Made by a program: the position numbers and the translations under genes | Notes under the pieces: generated by a model | What the model saw: only the letters and a program-made list of their open reading frames with translations | Database searches by the model: none | Told to the model about the DNA's origin: nothing | Assembly: GCA_024704765.1 (NCBI GenBank) | Contig: JAKMXF010000144.1 | Location: 310,001-374,000 of the forward strand | Direction of reading: 5' to 3' | From: Oopsacas minuta | Lineage: Eukaryota > Animalia > Porifera | DNA length: 64,000 bases | Shown: piece after piece, positions 61,091 to 64,000 of the stretch | Numbering within the stretch: position 1 is the first letter of the stretch | Layout: each line of letters starts with the position of its first letter

Positions 61091-61792
61091 TCAATCACAA
61101 TCATCTAAGTCTAGTCCTCCTAAATCTTGAAACAAGGACTCATCAATTTCTACTGCCGGTTCATCCAAGTCCTCTCCGTCCGCATCTTCAAAGAATTGAA
61201 TATCAGATAGAAATAATTTCTCATCTCTCTCAAATAACTGTCTACCTGTCAGTTTCGCTGGATCTATTTCAGATTTCTTTTTAATATTTAAATCTGTTAT
61301 CTCTGCTAGGAACTCTTTATTCCATTCCATAAACGTTTCCACCGTAACCATGGTACCATAGATCTCAGCTGGCGCCTCCTCTTTCGTAGTACAATCCCCT
61401 TCAGAGAGATCCGTAACCCTCCCCAAGGCATCAGACAGTATCTGCTGTATTTCACTACACACATCATATATCATAACCTGACCAGTATAGTTAGCTAGGA
61501 GTGTCTCCATTGCGTTACTGATACTATTAACAACATCCTCTGGTGTAGAGTATGCAGATCGGAGCTCGTACAAGGGAGGAACGAATGGGTATGCAGGTTT
61601 GTATGTGAATTGAATTATCAGTCCGTAACGACCAGCATTACTATACTCGTCTACTTCATCTAGTTCTGAGGTGAGTTTTATCTCAAAAGTGTTTTCATCT
61701 AAATTGGTGAACTCGTCTGAGGAATAAATGCATTTTAGAGTTTCTATTTCTCCTTCTTGCTCAAGCCTGCAGGTGTCAATATCCACTGCCAT
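61091..61792 (-). CDS. RWDD1: RWD domain-containing protein 1 (DFRP2); single exon
   Basis: EQEGEIETLKCIY, YPFVPP, GQVMIY, YGTMVTVETFMEW, LTGRQLFE, VEIDESLFQDL. Confidence 0.92.
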   Translation of the reverse strand: MAVDIDTCRLEQEGEIETLKCIYSSDEFTNLDENTFEIKLTSELDEVDEYSNAGRYGLIIQFTYKPAYPFVPPLYELRSAYSTPEDVVNSISNAMETLLANYTGQVMIYDVCSEIQQILSDALGRVTDLSEGDCTTKEEAPAEIYGTMVTVETFMEWNKEFLAEITDLNIKKKSEIDPAKLTGRQLFERDEKLFLSDIQFFEDADGEDLDEPAVEIDESLFQDLGGLDLDDCD

Positions 61793-62431
61793 TCTGCTTT
61801 AATTTATAATCTATATTCTGAAAGTTATCTTAGACCTGAGAACTTTTGAATACATTTAAAAGTAGCAATTTTACTAACACTTAAGTGCTAGACAGTTCGT
61901 CTGCATCTTTGCATAAAATAAACTCAATAAAAGATATGAAATGCAAATTATTTCACAAACTAACAGAATACGCAGATTACACCCAAGTTTGAATAATTAG
62001 AATCTATGACTCTGAGTATATAGTCGGGTTTATCCGTGGGTAAATTAACGAGTAATACCCTTCCTACTCCACGATTCACCCTCTCTATACACCACATTAT
62101 TAAGACTACACATTATTTAAAAGTATTGGTCGTGTGTGGGTAGTAAATGTATTACCTACACCAGCTGCAGTAAAATTATATCTATTCTTTATCATTATTA
62201 GAAATCTGCCGTCAAACAAGAAATTGCTTGACCTATTCCAGTGGTACTTACAGTCTTTTTGTCTGCTAAAAACAACTAAAATTGCTAATGATTTTTGAGA
62301 TATCACGGGTGTTCAATTGCATGCAACCTTTGAACAAGTTCAAACTCAAGGCAGTGTGTATTTTAAGAATACAATAAAGTTAATAATTAGAAAGTGAAAA
62401 AATTGATAAAAATTCCAGTCTATAAGCTATG

Positions 62432-64000
62432 TTATACATCACTTTCGAAAATGAATTTCTGCCTTAGAAGTGTAATCTTAGGAGCTCTTATTGGAGCAGG
62501 TTCAATAGGAAATTCTGTAATAGAAGCTAATGCTGTAGATGTATATGAATGTTTAAGAGATCGCACGGAGAGTTTTCGTCTAGGTTCTGCAGGGTGTATA
62601 TCTTCGAAATCTCCAATTAATTCACTTTCTCCTGTACTCGCCTCATCCTCATTGTCTGAATTCTCAATAGTTACATATTTCCGCATGTAATCTCTAAGCT
62701 TTAACAAGACCTGGATCATTTTAAGTGCGTGAATTAGAGAAGTTTGAATGTGTTCGTCAACATTAAGGGTGTCATGCTCATTCCAATTCTTATCGCGAGC
62801 ATGTTTCATTTTTTCTTGAAAAAACTTACATTTCACAGTATCCATGTTTTTCTTCATTTGCTTAGTGTCAGTCTCTGATAGATAAGTTTTGGTAATTATG
62901 TCTAGATCTCTTCTCAAGATAACTAGGCAATGGACAAAGCCAATAGTCTTTGCGTCGCCTGTACGCCTCCTCTCATCCACATCTGCAAATAGCTCCTTAA
63001 ACCCAAACGATTCACCTTTCCTAATTATTGTTGGAAATATTTGTCTCTTCTCACTTCCCAGCTGCTCCAAAATAGTAACAGAACCTTTGGTAATAATAAA
63101 CATTTCTTTAGCAACTTCATTATACTGGTAGATGTATTCTCCAGGCAAAAAGTATTGATTTTCCATTCTAGGTATGAGATAGTTGAAGAAACTATGAGTC
63201 ATCTTCTTAAATATTTCCGGTTTGGTTACGATAGCGTAGTAGCTCTCCTTGTAGACATTCAGGCCAAGTTTTTTGGGGAAATATGTCAAAATTGTTTTCT
63301 CCAAAACATCAATTCGGTTATCGTATCCGTACTCGAAATAATCAGCGGCTTTTTCTTGTGAAGGATCTGAAGACGGAATTTTAGATAATCTAAATATTTG
63401 TTTTGCACGCTGGGACTTCACAAGAAATTGATTTCTTTGCCAATTCTTTATTCTAAGTGTTGATACAAACACTGCATAGAGATACGCCATATTCAATGCA
63501 GCAACAAAATGTGTTATAATCATGAAGAGGTATTGACTACTGTTAGTTGGCCTTCCTTGGTTGTGAATGTTTGTAATCATTACGAATCCCCAGTAGAAAG
63601 AGAACAAGATAGGATGAGTTTGAAATTTTCCTTCTATCACTTCAAAGTTTTGGAATATTCCGTTGGTTTCGTAACCTTGAATTCGATAGAAGGAATAGAA
63701 CGCAGAGCCGACGAGGTTAGAGAGTAGGAGAATTTGAAAGAGGGCCTTGAATTGTCGGAATCTTTGAGCAAAAGAAAATTTGCGTTCAATGAGAGAGCCA
63801 AACTGCAAAACTCTCCATATCTTCAAAAGTCTAAGAATTCGGAAATAAGGGTACGTGAAATCAGGAAAGAAGTACCGGACAACATCCACGAAAGGGACTA
63901 TTATCGAAAGTAGATCCACCCAGAAGGAATAAGTTTTGATATATCGTCTCAGCGTTTCTTTGAAGCTATCAATTCTATGTCCATCTGCTTTAGAAACGAA
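62432..64000 (-). CDS. Cyclic nucleotide-gated (CNG-like) channel, 5' end outside window
   Basis: Frame open from 64000 (FVSKADGHRIDSFKETLRRYIKTYSFWVDLLSII, S2-S3 like); S4 FRILRLLKIWR; pore helix FSFYWGFVMIT; C-linker; CNBD YFLPGEYIYQYNEVAKEMFIITKG...GESFG. Confidence 0.85.
   Translation of the reverse strand, partial: FVSKADGHRIDSFKETLRRYIKTYSFWVDLLSIIVPFVDVVRYFFPDFTYPYFRILRLLKIWRVLQFGSLIERKFSFAQRFRQFKALFQILLLSNLVGSAFYSFYRIQGYETNGIFQNFEVIEGKFQTHPILFSFYWGFVMITNIHNQGRPTNSSQYLFMIITHFVAALNMAYLYAVFVSTLRIKNWQRNQFLVKSQRAKQIFRLSKIPSSDPSQEKAADYFEYGYDNRIDVLEKTILTYFPKKLGLNVYKESYYAIVTKPEIFKKMTHSFFNYLIPRMENQYFLPGEYIYQYNEVAKEMFIITKGSVTILEQLGSEKRQIFPTIIRKGESFGFKELFADVDERRRTGDAKTIGFVHCLVILRRDLDIITKTYLSETDTKQMKKNMDTVKCKFFQEKMKHARDKNWNEHDTLNVDEHIQTSLIHALKMIQVLLKLRDYMRKYVTIENSDNEDEASTGESELIGDFEDIHPAEPRRKLSVRSLKHSYTSTALASITEFPIEPAPIRAPKITLLRQKFIFESDV

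Overview
Eukaryotic, AT-rich, very gene-dense animal DNA, not prokaryotic. I found no CRISPR arrays, rRNA or tRNA genes. The compact layout, many intronless genes, ~45-65 nt introns, nested genes and a beta/gamma-type laminin point to an early-branching metazoan, most plausibly a glass sponge (Hexactinellida, Oopsacas-like); that assignment is inference. I reconstructed about 27 protein-coding genes by hand from GT-AG sites and reading phase: an ML-domain protein, ENGASE, RAPGEF2/6, a sulfotransferase, WDR36, ADCY10, an ELOVL elongase, SNRPF, a laminin, FSAF1, LRP2BP, MFSD8, a CHD6-9-type remodeller, a TNIP-like protein, NAA10, PGP, NPEPPS, PAM17, a FERM-FA protein, CDKL1, RWDD1, a CNG-like channel and several orphans. 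There are also five small MITE families. Main unexplained structure: (1) 16-18 consecutive plus-strand genes over ~46 kb, about half with a 3'-splice-site-like YAG 0-6 nt before the ATG and spacers as short as 86 bp, which suggests spliced-leader trans-splicing and polycistronic transcription; (2) ADCY10 apparently nested on the same strand in a 7.4-kb intron; (3) two antisense genes inside an NPEPPS intron, one a clear homologue of PAM17, usually described as fungal; (4) divergent functional motifs in the CNG pore, a UBAN-like segment, the laminin LF domain and a membrane-anchored ENGase.
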